A stretch of 64,000 nucleotides of DNA, taken from NCBI GenBank assembly GCA_947166445.1, contig CAMVED010000002.1:6314-70313 (forward strand), given 5' to 3'. The notes below the pieces were generated by a model that did not search any database, was not told the DNA's origin, and was given only the letters and a program-made list of their open reading frames with translations. How positions within the stretch are numbered: position 1 is the stretch's first letter; each line of letters starts with the position of its first letter. Shown here piece after piece: positions 39,051-47,621 of this stretch. The DNA comes from an uncultured Mycoplasmatota bacterium. Its GTDB lineage: Bacteria; Bacillota_I; Bacilli_A; RF39; UBA660. A program made the translations under genes and the position numbers.

Positions 39051-39130
39051 TTAAACCACTCCTTGATATGATTATATTGTATCATATATTTATGCATTTT
39101 TATATTATTTGTTTTAAAATAATAAACTTA

Positions 39131-40207
39131 TTACTTTGAAAGGTTGAGAATTATTCCAATACTAGTCATAGTCACAAGTAGTGAACTTCCACCATAAGAA
39201 ATAAATGGTAGTGTAACTCCTGTAACTGGAATAAGGCCTACGACTACACTTAAATTGAGAATAGTTTGAAATATTATTTGAAATCCTAATCCAAAAATAG
39301 TATATTTCTTAAATAAATTATTTTGCTCTAAAGATAGTTTTATTATTAGATGGCAAAGTATACAGAAGCATAAAATTACAACGAACGCCCCGATGGCTCC
39401 AAATTCTTCACAAATAATTGAAAAAATAAAATCTGTTTGAGGTTCAGGAAGATAAAAATGTTTTTGTCTAGAGTTTAAAAATCCAAATCCAAGTAGTCCT
39501 CCAGGCCCAATTGCATATAAACTTTGAATTATTTGAAAACCTGTTCCTAAAGGATCACTCCAGGGATTTAAAAATGAAGTGATTCTATTAATTCTATATG
39601 GGGCAATCAAAACAAGACCAATTACTCCGATTGCTCCAATTATTCCAAATATATAAAAATATTTTATATCAACTCCTGCGATAAACATAATTGCTACAAT
39701 AGACATCACTAAAATAAAACCTGTCCCAAAATCTGGTTGTAACATTATTAATATAAAGGCTAATCCTGTTACTATTAATGGTGGTATTATTGTTTTTATT
39801 TTTTTATAAGCATTTTTATTACCACTTAAGTATTTAGAAGCATAAATAATAATTGCTAATTTCATAGCTTCGCTTGGTTGTATTCCTAAAGGTCCAATAC
39901 CAAACCAGCTTCTTGACCCATTTCTAACTGAACCTATTCCTGGTATTAATACTAGAACTAATAGAACAAAAGAACACAAAAGAAGTATTTTGGATTTTTT
40001 ATAAAAAAAATCATCATTTAGCTTTAGTATAAAATATAATACTAGGTATCCTATAACAATAAAAATTGCTTGTTGTTTTACATATTTAAGACTGTCATTA
40101 AATTTAAATGATGCCCAAATATAAGAAGATGAAAATATCATTATTAAGCCAATAAAAATAAGTATTGACATGAATATAAATACTAGTAACCTTTTGTTCT
40201 TTAACAT
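39131..40207 (-). CDS. FtsW/RodA/SpoVE (SEDS) family protein
   Basis: 358 aa, polytopic, with RSWFGIGPLGIQPSEAMKL. Confidence 0.9.
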   Translation of the reverse strand: MLKNKRLLVFIFMSILIFIGLIMIFSSSYIWASFKFNDSLKYVKQQAIFIVIGYLVLYFILKLNDDFFYKKSKILLLCSFVLLVLVLIPGIGSVRNGSRSWFGIGPLGIQPSEAMKLAIIIYASKYLSGNKNAYKKIKTIIPPLIVTGLAFILIMLQPDFGTGFILVMSIVAIMFIAGVDIKYFYIFGIIGAIGVIGLVLIAPYRINRITSFLNPWSDPLGTGFQIIQSLYAIGPGGLLGFGFLNSRQKHFYLPEPQTDFIFSIICEEFGAIGAFVVILCFCILCHLIIKLSLEQNNLFKKYTIFGLGFQIIFQTILNLSVVVGLIPVTGVTLPFISYGGSSLLVTMTSIGIILNLSK

Positions 40208-40250
40208 GATATCACCTTATTAATAATATGAAATTGTTAATATTTTTAAG

Positions 40251-40276
40251 CCAAAAAGAAAAAGCCTTAAGGCTTT
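40251..40276 (-). terminator. rho-independent terminator after rseP
   Basis: aaagcc-ttaa-ggcttt overlaps the stop and is followed by tttttcttttt on minus. Confidence 0.65.
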
Positions 40277-41324
40277 AAAAAAGTTTTAGTATGTCATTAA
40301 ATGTAACATAAATCATTAAAAGTATTAAAAGTATAAATCCAATTGTATGAATAGTATTTTCAACTTTGGCATCTACTGGAGAACCTTTTATTTTTTCAAT
40401 TACTAAGAATAGTATTCTTCCTCCATCAAATGCTGGAAATGGCAATAGGTTTATTACTCCAACATTTATACTTAATAAAGCTGTTAGTGATAAAAGTGAA
40501 GCAAGTCCTGCTACTTTTGCTTGACCTACGATTGAAGCAATTCCTACTGGACCACTTAATTGATTAACTTTAACTCCTCCAGTAAACAAATTACCTAATA
40601 CTACAAACATTTGCTTAAAGATGGCACATTCTTCTTTAAAGGCATAACCAATTGAATTAATTAATCCTTTTTCTGTTTCTGCTTTTAATACTATACCTAT
40701 GGCATATTTAGTATTGCCTTCGTCATCAGTAGTTTTTTCTGGGGTAAGTGTATAAGAAGTATTTTCTCCACTTACTTTAGTTACTTCAAATGTAACAGGT
40801 TTAGATAAATCTTCAACAGTTAAGTATAAGCTTATATCATCTAAATAAGTAATTTTATGACCATTTATCTTTCTTACTATATCGCCTTTTTCGATACCCA
40901 CTTGAGATGCTGGATAATTTTCAGAAACATCACTTATTTTGGGAGTTGTAGATGGTGCACCATATATTAAACCTATCATTAAAAGGATTAGAAAAGCAAA
41001 TATAAAGTTGTTACCCACTCCCATAAACATAACTAAAAATCTTTGAAATACAGTTTTATCTTGTAAATTTGAACCTTTAGTTTTTTTTCTTTCTTCTTCT
41101 GATATTTCTTCACCTGCTAAAGAAACATAACCTCCGATAGGTATCCATCTTATTGAATATTGTGTTTTATCTTTTGCAATTTTCTTAGCTAGTAATGGAC
41201 CCATTCCTATTGAAAATTCATATACATGAACTCCTGTAAGTTTGGCAAATATGAAATGCCCTCCTTCATGGACTAACACAATTAATCCAAGAATTAAAAT
41301 AAATAATACTATTGTTATAATCAT
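40275..41324 (-). CDS. rseP: RIP metalloprotease RseP/RasP (M50)
   Basis: HEGGHF, a PDZ segment, and NLLPFPAFDGGRI. Confidence 0.95.
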   Translation of the reverse strand: MIITIVLFILILGLIVLVHEGGHFIFAKLTGVHVYEFSIGMGPLLAKKIAKDKTQYSIRWIPIGGYVSLAGEEISEEERKKTKGSNLQDKTVFQRFLVMFMGVGNNFIFAFLILLMIGLIYGAPSTTPKISDVSENYPASQVGIEKGDIVRKINGHKITYLDDISLYLTVEDLSKPVTFEVTKVSGENTSYTLTPEKTTDDEGNTKYAIGIVLKAETEKGLINSIGYAFKEECAIFKQMFVVLGNLFTGGVKVNQLSGPVGIASIVGQAKVAGLASLLSLTALLSINVGVINLLPFPAFDGGRILFLVIEKIKGSPVDAKVENTIHTIGFILLILLMIYVTFNDILKLF

Positions 41325-41333
41325 AAATCCTCC

Positions 41334-42134
41334 TTATAAAATGTTCATAAATAATACAAATGTTATCACCACAAAAATTATACTGTCTAATCTATCTAGA
41401 ATTCCACCGTGGCCTGGAATTAAATTAGAAAAATCTTTAATTTTATAATGTCTTTTTATGCTTGAAAAGAACAAGTCACCAATTTGACCAATAATAGATA
41501 GTACAAATGTTATTCCTATTAGTACTAATATATTTATATCAGAATTTATTATGTACAGATAAAATAGAGATGGAATAATAGTTCCAACTATTATACCTCC
41601 AACGGCACCTTCTATAGTTTTATTTGGGGATATTCTTTCACATAGTTTGTGTTTTCCTATAAAGTATCCTGTAAAATAAGCAAAAGTATCTGTAATTGTT
41701 GTTATTAAAAGTAAATATATCAAATAATTAATACTTGTGTTGCTTATCAAAATCATTGAATTATATGCAACCCCTAGAAAAACAGTTGCTCCTAAAATAT
41801 ATAATGAATCAGTAATACTATATTTTTCTGTATTATCAACTAAGACAACAGGTATAAAATATAATAAAAATACTACTATTAAAATTTTATAAATAAGTTC
41901 ATAATTAGCGCTATAGACATCTGTTCCTAAATATACAAATGTTGCTATTAATATATATGAAATAATTCTAATAACTAAAGGTATATTACTTCTACTTGAT
42001 CTTGCTTTTAATATTTCATACATCGATGCAATAGATATAATTATTCCTAATATTTTAAATGGTAAACCACCGATTAGAGTAATTGGTATTACTATTATGC
42101 ACATTATTATTGCACTTATCACTCTTGTTTTCAA
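41334..42134 (-). CDS. cdsA: phosphatidate cytidylyltransferase
   Basis: SSIKRHYKIKDFSNLIPGHGGILDRLDS signature. TTG start with an AGGTAGGTGA SD. Confidence 0.93.
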   Translation of the reverse strand: MKTRVISAIIMCIIVIPITLIGGLPFKILGIIISIASMYEILKARSSRSNIPLVIRIISYILIATFVYLGTDVYSANYELIYKILIVVFLLYFIPVVLVDNTEKYSITDSLYILGATVFLGVAYNSMILISNTSINYLIYLLLITTITDTFAYFTGYFIGKHKLCERISPNKTIEGAVGGIIVGTIIPSLFYLYIINSDINILVLIGITFVLSIIGQIGDLFFSSIKRHYKIKDFSNLIPGHGGILDRLDSIIFVVITFVLFMNIL

Positions 42135-42213
42135 ACTATCACCTACCTTATTAATTATAACCTAAATATTAAGTTTTGAAAAGATAACCTATTAATTATT
42201 TTCAAATTTTGAC

Positions 42214-42240
42214 AAAAAAACGTGATTATTTTGAATCACG
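42214..42240 (-). terminator. rho-independent terminator of the 311-aa gene
   Basis: Stem cgtgatt/aatcacg overlaps the last codons and is followed by a 7-T run on minus. Confidence 0.75.
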
Positions 42241-43161
42241 TTTTCTAACTATAGCATCTCTTTTTTTCATTAGACCTTCGAAACTATATTGTCCTCCTAT
42301 ATAGTTTTCAATCAATTCATGTTTTGGAGTTATTCCATAGTCATCCATATATTTTTCTCTAACTACTGTGCCTAAAAAGCGAACGTCTTCTTTTAAACCT
42401 CTATATGCTTGATAATTAATATAATCTAAGTCTAAATTTGGTCTAATTTTAGCTACTCTTTTAGTACACATAACATTTGTGTATATTAGAGCGGAAACTT
42501 TATATAGCAAAAGACTTTCGCTCATTTTATCCGATAGTTTATCTGTACTTTTTATCTTTATTCTATAATCATTATACAAACTATTCTCAAGGTTTTTTCT
42601 AGTACTTTCAAATATACCAACATTTAAAGAACCAAGAATCTCAACACTTGTATTAGGTATTCCATAATCTGAAGTGTTAATCTTTATGTAATCATTATAT
42701 TCACTTTCAAGGGCTTGTAATTCTTTCTTTGTTGCACCTTCTAATTGTGTAATTATTTCATTTAATATATTTAATAAGAAGTCTGTTTTTGCTTGTAACT
42801 TTTTTTCTTTGCTGTTAGTACTTTCAATCTCGTTGTGATTTTTTTCTTCTGTCGTTTTACTTTTATTATAGTTTTTTAGACCATCCAAAATAATTGTAGG
42901 AAGTGGCTCAAATATTTCTTGAAAGCCCATTCCTCTTGCAATTTTAATTTTTACACTTTTTAATGCTGATTGTAATACTGCTATTCTTTTTTCTTCTACT
43001 TGACTTTTAAATAAAGCTTTTTTTATTCGATACATATATGTATAGTTTGATGTTTTAATACTTTCAAAAGATGAGCATTCATATCTATGTTTAGATAATA
43101 TATATTCTAATTCTAGTAATAATCTTTTTTCTACAATGGAGATATCATTAAAGTTTTGCAT
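42226..43161 (-). CDS. hypothetical protein (311 aa), no recognisable domain
   Basis: AAAGGGGTGA SD and its own TTTACA-17-TACAAT promoter. Soluble and K/E-rich. Confidence 0.75.
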   Translation of the reverse strand: MQNFNDISIVEKRLLLELEYILSKHRYECSSFESIKTSNYTYMYRIKKALFKSQVEEKRIAVLQSALKSVKIKIARGMGFQEIFEPLPTIILDGLKNYNKSKTTEEKNHNEIESTNSKEKKLQAKTDFLLNILNEIITQLEGATKKELQALESEYNDYIKINTSDYGIPNTSVEILGSLNVGIFESTRKNLENSLYNDYRIKIKSTDKLSDKMSESLLLYKVSALIYTNVMCTKRVAKIRPNLDLDYINYQAYRGLKEDVRFLGTVVREKYMDDYGITPKHELIENYIGGQYSFEGLMKKRDAIVRKRDSK

Positions 43162-43188
43162 TTGCTATTCACCCCTTTAAATGATTGT

Positions 43189-43217
43189 ATTGTAACACAT
43201 GTTAGTTGTTTTGTAAA
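43189..43217 (-). promoter_or_regulatory. promoter TTTACA-17-TACAAT
   Basis: Hexamers at 43212-43217 and 43189-43194, in the 58-nt gap after the AbrB-like gene. Confidence 0.55.
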
Positions 43218-43219
43218 CT

Positions 43220-43777
43220 CTACAGCAAAGTAAAAATCAAGTCTAACAATTGTTTGTTACTATTATCGTATATTATATATAAGATTAAACTATCACTACT
43301 TATATGCTCAAATTTCTTTATTGTATATTTAACTTTTTCTGCAGTTAAAAACTTGTCTATATCTTTAGAATCAAATACCTCTAACTTTTTATAGTCTTTA
43401 CTTGAATAAATAAGATCATTTTTATCGTTAAATAGAATTATTTTAAAATTATAGTTGTTCTCTAAAAATTTTAGTTTATGTATTATTTTTTGATATTTGT
43501 TTTTTGGACTTTTTATTTTTATTCCAGTAGCTGTTGTTGATAAAAGTAATACTTGATTGTTAAATATACTATATTTTCCTCTTATATTTTTTGGTATTAA
43601 TACCCTGCCATATCTGTCAATTGTTAAAATATAGTTTATTTTTTCTAAAAGTAAGCAATCTTCTTTTTCTACAACATTTAATCTAGTAGTACTATTTATA
43701 TTACATTTATTTCTTATTTCTTTTGGTATTACTAACCTGCTTACTGAATCTGTTTTTATGGGATAATTCTCTATCAT
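43220..43777 (-). CDS. tandem AbrB/SpoVT-type (MraZ-like) DNA-binding protein with a C-terminal domain of about 90 aa
   Basis: Two swapped-hairpin motifs in one chain (SRLVIPKEIRNKC and YGRVLIPKNIRGKY). SD is AAAGGAGAA. Confidence 0.7.
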   Translation of the reverse strand: MIENYPIKTDSVSRLVIPKEIRNKCNINSTTRLNVVEKEDCLLLEKINYILTIDRYGRVLIPKNIRGKYSIFNNQVLLLSTTATGIKIKSPKNKYQKIIHKLKFLENNYNFKIILFNDKNDLIYSSKDYKKLEVFDSKDIDKFLTAEKVKYTIKKFEHISSDSLILYIIYDNSNKQLLDLIFTLL

Positions 43778-43876
43778 TACTATTCTCCTTTATTTCATTA
43801 TAACATATATGTCGCATTTCAGGGGCAAAAATAATTCTTTGTATATTTAATGAGAAAATTAGTATAGGTGATTTGT

Positions 43877-44311
43877 ATGGTTCTTACCAAAATAAGAGAT
43901 TTAAGAGATGAGCATGACTTAAACCAAGTTGAAACTGCTGCTATTATGGGTGTTTCCAAATCGACTTATGCTAGATGGGAAACTGATGAAGCTATCATTC
44001 CTCTTTCTCATTTGAATAATTTATGTAATTACTTTGATGTATCTATGGATTATATAACTGGTTTTTCTAAAAAGAAAAATTATGAAATTATAAACAAAAA
44101 ACTAAATAAAGAGCTTATTGGAAAAAGACTTAAAGAATTTAGAAAATCCCACAACTTAACTCAAGAAAAATTAGCAAAAGAAATAAATACTTCTCATTCT
44201 ACTATTAGTGGTTATGAACATGGCAAGAATATGATACTTACTGCTTTTGCTTATAATATTGCCAAAAAGTATCATGTGTCTTTAGACTGGTTATGTGGCA
44301 GAATAGATTAA
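43877..44311 (+). CDS. tandem XRE-family HTH regulator
   Basis: Two HTH_3-like units (LNQVETAAIMGVSKSTYARWE and LTQEKLAKEINTSHSTISGYE). Divergent from the AbrB-like gene. Confidence 0.85.
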   Translation: MVLTKIRDLRDEHDLNQVETAAIMGVSKSTYARWETDEAIIPLSHLNNLCNYFDVSMDYITGFSKKKNYEIINKKLNKELIGKRLKEFRKSHNLTQEKLAKEINTSHSTISGYEHGKNMILTAFAYNIAKKYHVSLDWLCGRID

Positions 44312-44322
44312 AATCAAAATAA

Positions 44323-44352
44323 AAGGCTCAAAAACTTGAGCCTTATTTTTTT
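44323..44352 (+). terminator. rho-independent terminator
   Basis: Stem aaggctcaa/ttgagcctt followed by a T-run. It abuts the tRNA 3' end. Confidence 0.8.
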
Positions 44353-44354
44353 AT

Positions 44355-44430
44355 TGGTGATCCCTCAGGGGTTCGAACCCTGGACCCACAGATTAAGAGT
44401 CTGTTGCTCTACCAGCTGAGCTAAGGAACC
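44355..44430 (-). tRNA. tRNA-Lys (anticodon CTT)
   Basis: Hand-folded 76-nt cloverleaf: D arm GCTC/GAGC, anticodon stem ACAGA/TCTGT with loop CTCTTAA, T arm CAGGG-TTCGAAC-CCCTG, and an encoded CCA. The acceptor stem has two G-U pairs. Confidence 0.9.
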
Positions 44431-44444
44431 AGAACACTATAATT

Positions 44445-44501
44445 ATAACATAAAATAAAAAAAAATAAAGGATTATTTTATTTTTTTTTATTTTATGTTA
44501 T
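44445..44501. repeat. 25-bp perfect inverted repeat of A/T-rich sequence with a 7-nt spacer
   Basis: Arm 44445-44469 pairs with arm 44477-44501. It lies between the membrane-protein stop and the tRNA 5' end and probably acts as a terminator. Confidence 0.85.
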
Positions 44502-44519
44502 ATATATAAAAAAGAAATA

Positions 44520-44990
44520 TTATAAATATATAATAATTCCCATCAAAACAACAACAAATGATATCAGTGAAAAGAACGATGAAAATGTATTTTTATATAG
44601 TGTTCCTTTATTATTTATAATTCTATTTATGTTAATTGTTGAAAATACTAACAAGTGTAAAAGCATTATTATCAATAGCAAAACAAACATATCTTTTATT
44701 ATTTTGTACTTTAAAATTGTGTTTAAAACCATAAAAACTATTAATAAAAAACTGATTATAATATATATTATTTTCAAAAAATTATATTTGTTTTTATACA
44801 CATAAACCTCGTGTATATATTTAATTATAAATTCAACACACGTTATAATAGTTACTATATATAAAAATACTATACTTATTTTAGGGTGGTTGTATAACAA
44901 AGTATAATATAAATACATAATTGCTAGAGGTATTAATATTATTTCAAAGATAATCTTTTTTACATTTATATTTTCGTTATTTTTTTTCAT
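44520..44990 (-). CDS. hypothetical polytopic membrane protein
   Basis: Four to five hydrophobic helices. Start at ATG 44990 (AAGGAG SD, 7-nt spacing) overlaps the rluA-family stop. Confidence 0.7.
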   Translation of the reverse strand: MKKNNENINVKKIIFEIILIPLAIMYLYYTLLYNHPKISIVFLYIVTIITCVEFIIKYIHEVYVYKNKYNFLKIIYIIISFLLIVFMVLNTILKYKIIKDMFVLLLIIMLLHLLVFSTININRIINNKGTLYKNTFSSFFSLISFVVVLMGIIIYL

Positions 44991-45651
44991 TAAAAAACTC
45001 CTTAAATTCCTTAAATATTCCATAGTTTGGATAGATAATAAAACTCATCATTTCTTTCTTAACTGGATGAATAAATTCTAATTTATAACAGAAAAGTGCA
45101 AGTTGTTTTCTGTCTTCTTTTCCATATCTTTGGTCTCCATATAAAGGGTATCCGCGCGAAGCAAATTGAACTCTTATTTGGTGATGTCTTCCTGTAATAA
45201 GTTCTATTTCTACCAGGCTTAGATTATTTTTTTCTTTAATTAGTTCATAGTTAAGGTTAGAATATTTACCATTCTCTTTATTGGTTACAATAGTATTACC
45301 ATTATCTTCTTTTTTTAAATAATCGATAAAAGTTCCTTTTTTTTCTTTAAAATTTGGGATAACCGCTAAATAAGTTTTTTTTATTTTATTTTCTTTGATT
45401 TGTTTTGATAATCTACTTGCAGCTTTACTAGTTCTAGCAAAAATCATTATTCCCCCAGTAGGACGATCTAGTCTATGAACTAGTCCTACATATACGTTGC
45501 CTGGTTTGTTGTATTTGTCTTTTACATAAGATTTTACTAGAGATAGCATATCTATATCATGAGTATTATCGCTTTGAGATAAAATATTAATAGGTTTTTC
45601 TACTACAATTATATGATTATCTTCATATAAAACATTTATTTTATCCTTCAT
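44977..45651 (-). CDS. RluA-family pseudouridine synthase
   Basis: HRLDRPTGGIMIFARTS catalytic Asp motif and GRHHQIRVQF. The start is ambiguous: ATG 45651 or 45660. Confidence 0.88.
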   Translation of the reverse strand: MKDKINVLYEDNHIIVVEKPINILSQSDNTHDIDMLSLVKSYVKDKYNKPGNVYVGLVHRLDRPTGGIMIFARTSKAASRLSKQIKENKIKKTYLAVIPNFKEKKGTFIDYLKKEDNGNTIVTNKENGKYSNLNYELIKEKNNLSLVEIELITGRHHQIRVQFASRGYPLYGDQRYGKEDRKQLALFCYKLEFIHPVKKEMMSFIIYPNYGIFKEFKEFFNEKK

Positions 45652-46498
45652 ATCTACCATACACTCCACATGGAAGAATTAATCCGTTCTTTGATTGTAT
45701 GCCTAATTCTCCACTTGTAATTGTTCCTTTTTTATTTTTTAAAAATATTTTTAAAAGGTTTTCTAATACTGTTGGAGATAGTCCTGCAGTATATGAATTA
45801 ATTATAAAAAATAATGGTTCATCAGTTATTATTTGCATACATAATTCTACTAAATTAAATAAATCTTTTTCAATATCCCAAACTTCTTTGTTAGAACCTC
45901 TGCCGTATGAAGGTGGATCCATTATAATAGCATCATATTTGTTTCCTCTTCTAATTTCTCTTTTTACAAACTTTATACAATCATCTACAAGAAAACGAAT
46001 TGGTCTATCTTCTAAATTTGAACTTTTTACATTTTCTTTAGCCCAATCAATCATTCCACGAGATGAATCTACGTGTACTACTTCAGCTCCTTTTGATAGG
46101 CAAGCTACTGATGCACATCCGGTATAAGCAAATAGATTTAAAACTTTTACTTTTTTTCCTTGCTTGATTTTTTCTTCAATTTTATTCATCATAAAATCCC
46201 AATTTACACTTTGTTCTGGAAATATTCCAGTATGCTTAAATCCCATGAGCTTAACATTAAAAATTAGATCCTTGTAATTAACAGTCCATCTGTCAGGTAA
46301 TGGTTTTAGTTTCTCCCAGTAGCCGCCACCACTACTTTTTCTATGATAATGAGCATGAGCAATTCTTTTATTTATTTTATCTTTCCATATTATTTCTGGA
46401 TCTGGTCTTAATAAGTAAAAGTCACCCCAACGTTCTAGTTTTTCTCCTTCACTCATTGAAATTATTTCATAATCATCAAAATCTTTTGCTAATAACAT
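45641..46498 (-). CDS. class I SAM-dependent methyltransferase (RlmI C-terminal-like)
   Basis: VLNLFAYTGCASVA and DAIIMDPPSYGRG motifs. Confidence 0.82.
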   Translation of the reverse strand: MLLAKDFDDYEIISMSEGEKLERWGDFYLLRPDPEIIWKDKINKRIAHAHYHRKSSGGGYWEKLKPLPDRWTVNYKDLIFNVKLMGFKHTGIFPEQSVNWDFMMNKIEEKIKQGKKVKVLNLFAYTGCASVACLSKGAEVVHVDSSRGMIDWAKENVKSSNLEDRPIRFLVDDCIKFVKREIRRGNKYDAIIMDPPSYGRGSNKEVWDIEKDLFNLVELCMQIITDEPLFFIINSYTAGLSPTVLENLLKIFLKNKKGTITSGELGIQSKNGLILPCGVYGRYEG

Positions 46499-46592
46499 AT
46501 AATCACCAACCTATATAAATCAACAATAATATATAATAAAAACTGAAAAAAATCAATAATTGAGGCTTTCATAATACGTTTTTTCATAACAA

Positions 46593-47405
46593 TTATTTCA
46601 ATTTATTATGTTTTTCCAATTCTTTTAAACTATTCTTTGGTGTAGGAAAATCTTCTGGCATAGTTCCACCTGCTTCTTTAATTGCTTTTCTTACTACTTT
46701 ACCAATTTTATAGTGGGTTTTATTAGCATTTGATTCTTCTTTGATATTATCGTTCTTAATTCTTTGATTAGTTTGGGATATTCTAAACAAATTGGCAATT
46801 AGCTCATCACTACACATATTATCTAGTATATCTTCTCTATATCTAAGGCCTTTTCTTTTTGCTATATCATCGGCAGTTTCACCATTATATAGTCCCATAT
46901 ATCCATAATTATGAAACTTATCAAAATTCTTTACTCCTACTTTTTTAGCAGTTTGATTTAAAGTATAGTTTCCTTTTTTGGTTAAGTTTCTTTGATATAA
47001 TCTTTTCTCATCTTCAGTTAATTCATTATATTCTTTTTCTAACAATTCTTGTTTTCTAGTTTGGACTGCAAAATATGTTTGTGCTAAGGCTATTACTCTT
47101 TTTCTACTGTCACCATTTTGAGCTATTAAATAACACGCATAACGAGAAAGTTTGTAATCATCAACTTTCCTTTTAGTGTTTGAACCTATTTTGACCATAT
47201 CGGCCACATGGACGAAATGGTCATTAACATTCACATTACTAGTTTCACAGGAAGTAACCGCCTTTTTTATTACAGGCAAAAACTTTCTATATTCACTATA
47301 TTCTAGTGCTCTCATTATCTCTCTAGCCTTCCAGTATTCTTTTCCATTCTCATCAATATGTTTAATATTTTCAAACATATTTTTATTAATATCTATTTCA
47401 TTCAT
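46593..47405 (-). CDS. dinD: DNA damage-inducible protein D (DinD)-like
   Basis: EYWKAREIMRALEYSEYRKF...YKLSRYACYLIAQNGDSRK resembles the DinD family N-terminus. Confidence 0.7.
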   Translation of the reverse strand: MNEIDINKNMFENIKHIDENGKEYWKAREIMRALEYSEYRKFLPVIKKAVTSCETSNVNVNDHFVHVADMVKIGSNTKRKVDDYKLSRYACYLIAQNGDSRKRVIALAQTYFAVQTRKQELLEKEYNELTEDEKRLYQRNLTKKGNYTLNQTAKKVGVKNFDKFHNYGYMGLYNGETADDIAKRKGLRYREDILDNMCSDELIANLFRISQTNQRIKNDNIKEESNANKTHYKIGKVVRKAIKEAGGTMPEDFPTPKNSLKELEKHNKLK

Positions 47406-47464
47406 TTTATCATTCCTTTCTGTATTAATTATGCCAAGTTAAAAAATAATTCACCCCCTTATAA

Positions 47465-47499
47465 TAAAAAAAGACCTACTTTCTTTTCGAAAGTAAGTC
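47465..47499 (-). terminator. rho-independent terminator (end of the alaS unit, or attenuator before dinD)
   Basis: 11-bp stem GACUUACUUUC/GAAAGUAGGUC. The single non-Watson-Crick pair is a U-G wobble on the minus RNA but a C-A mismatch on plus. A 7-U run follows. Confidence 0.8.
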
Positions 47500-47586
47500 C
47501 GCATGCGCGCAATCTTTTTTTCTTGCCTAAAAAAGAAAACACTAGTCGCCCAAATTGTCATATTAACCTTGGCAAGTAATTAATAC
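47465..47586 (-). ncRNA. candidate structured leader or sRNA between alaS and dinD
   Basis: Has its own promoter, a CUUGCC...GGCAAG helix (47571-47576 / 47522-47527), a competing UCUUUUUU/AAAAAAGA hairpin and a GC-rich patch (47501-47512), and ends at the terminator above. Confidence 0.35.
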
Positions 47587-47592
47587 ATTTCA

Positions 47593-47621
47593 ATTGTATC
47601 AATAATATAAATAAATTTCAA
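47593..47621 (-). promoter_or_regulatory. promoter TTGAAA-17-TACAAT
   Basis: Hexamers at 47616-47621 and 47593-47598, starting 8 nt after the alaS stop. Confidence 0.5.

Noticed and set aside
42135-44430. The accessory block could be an integrated element at tRNA-Lys.
   Set aside because: There is no integrase or recombinase. I could find no copy of the tRNA 3' segment (tggtgatccctcagggg...) at the distal boundary (42135-42225). I keep it as an accessory block, not as a defined integrative element.
47358-47579. A 73-aa plus-strand ORF spanning the dinD start and the leader region.
   Set aside because: It has no SD, overlaps the dinD N-terminus in antisense, and runs through the minus-strand terminator hairpin. 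The strand-specific U-G pair argues that the structure functions on the minus strand.
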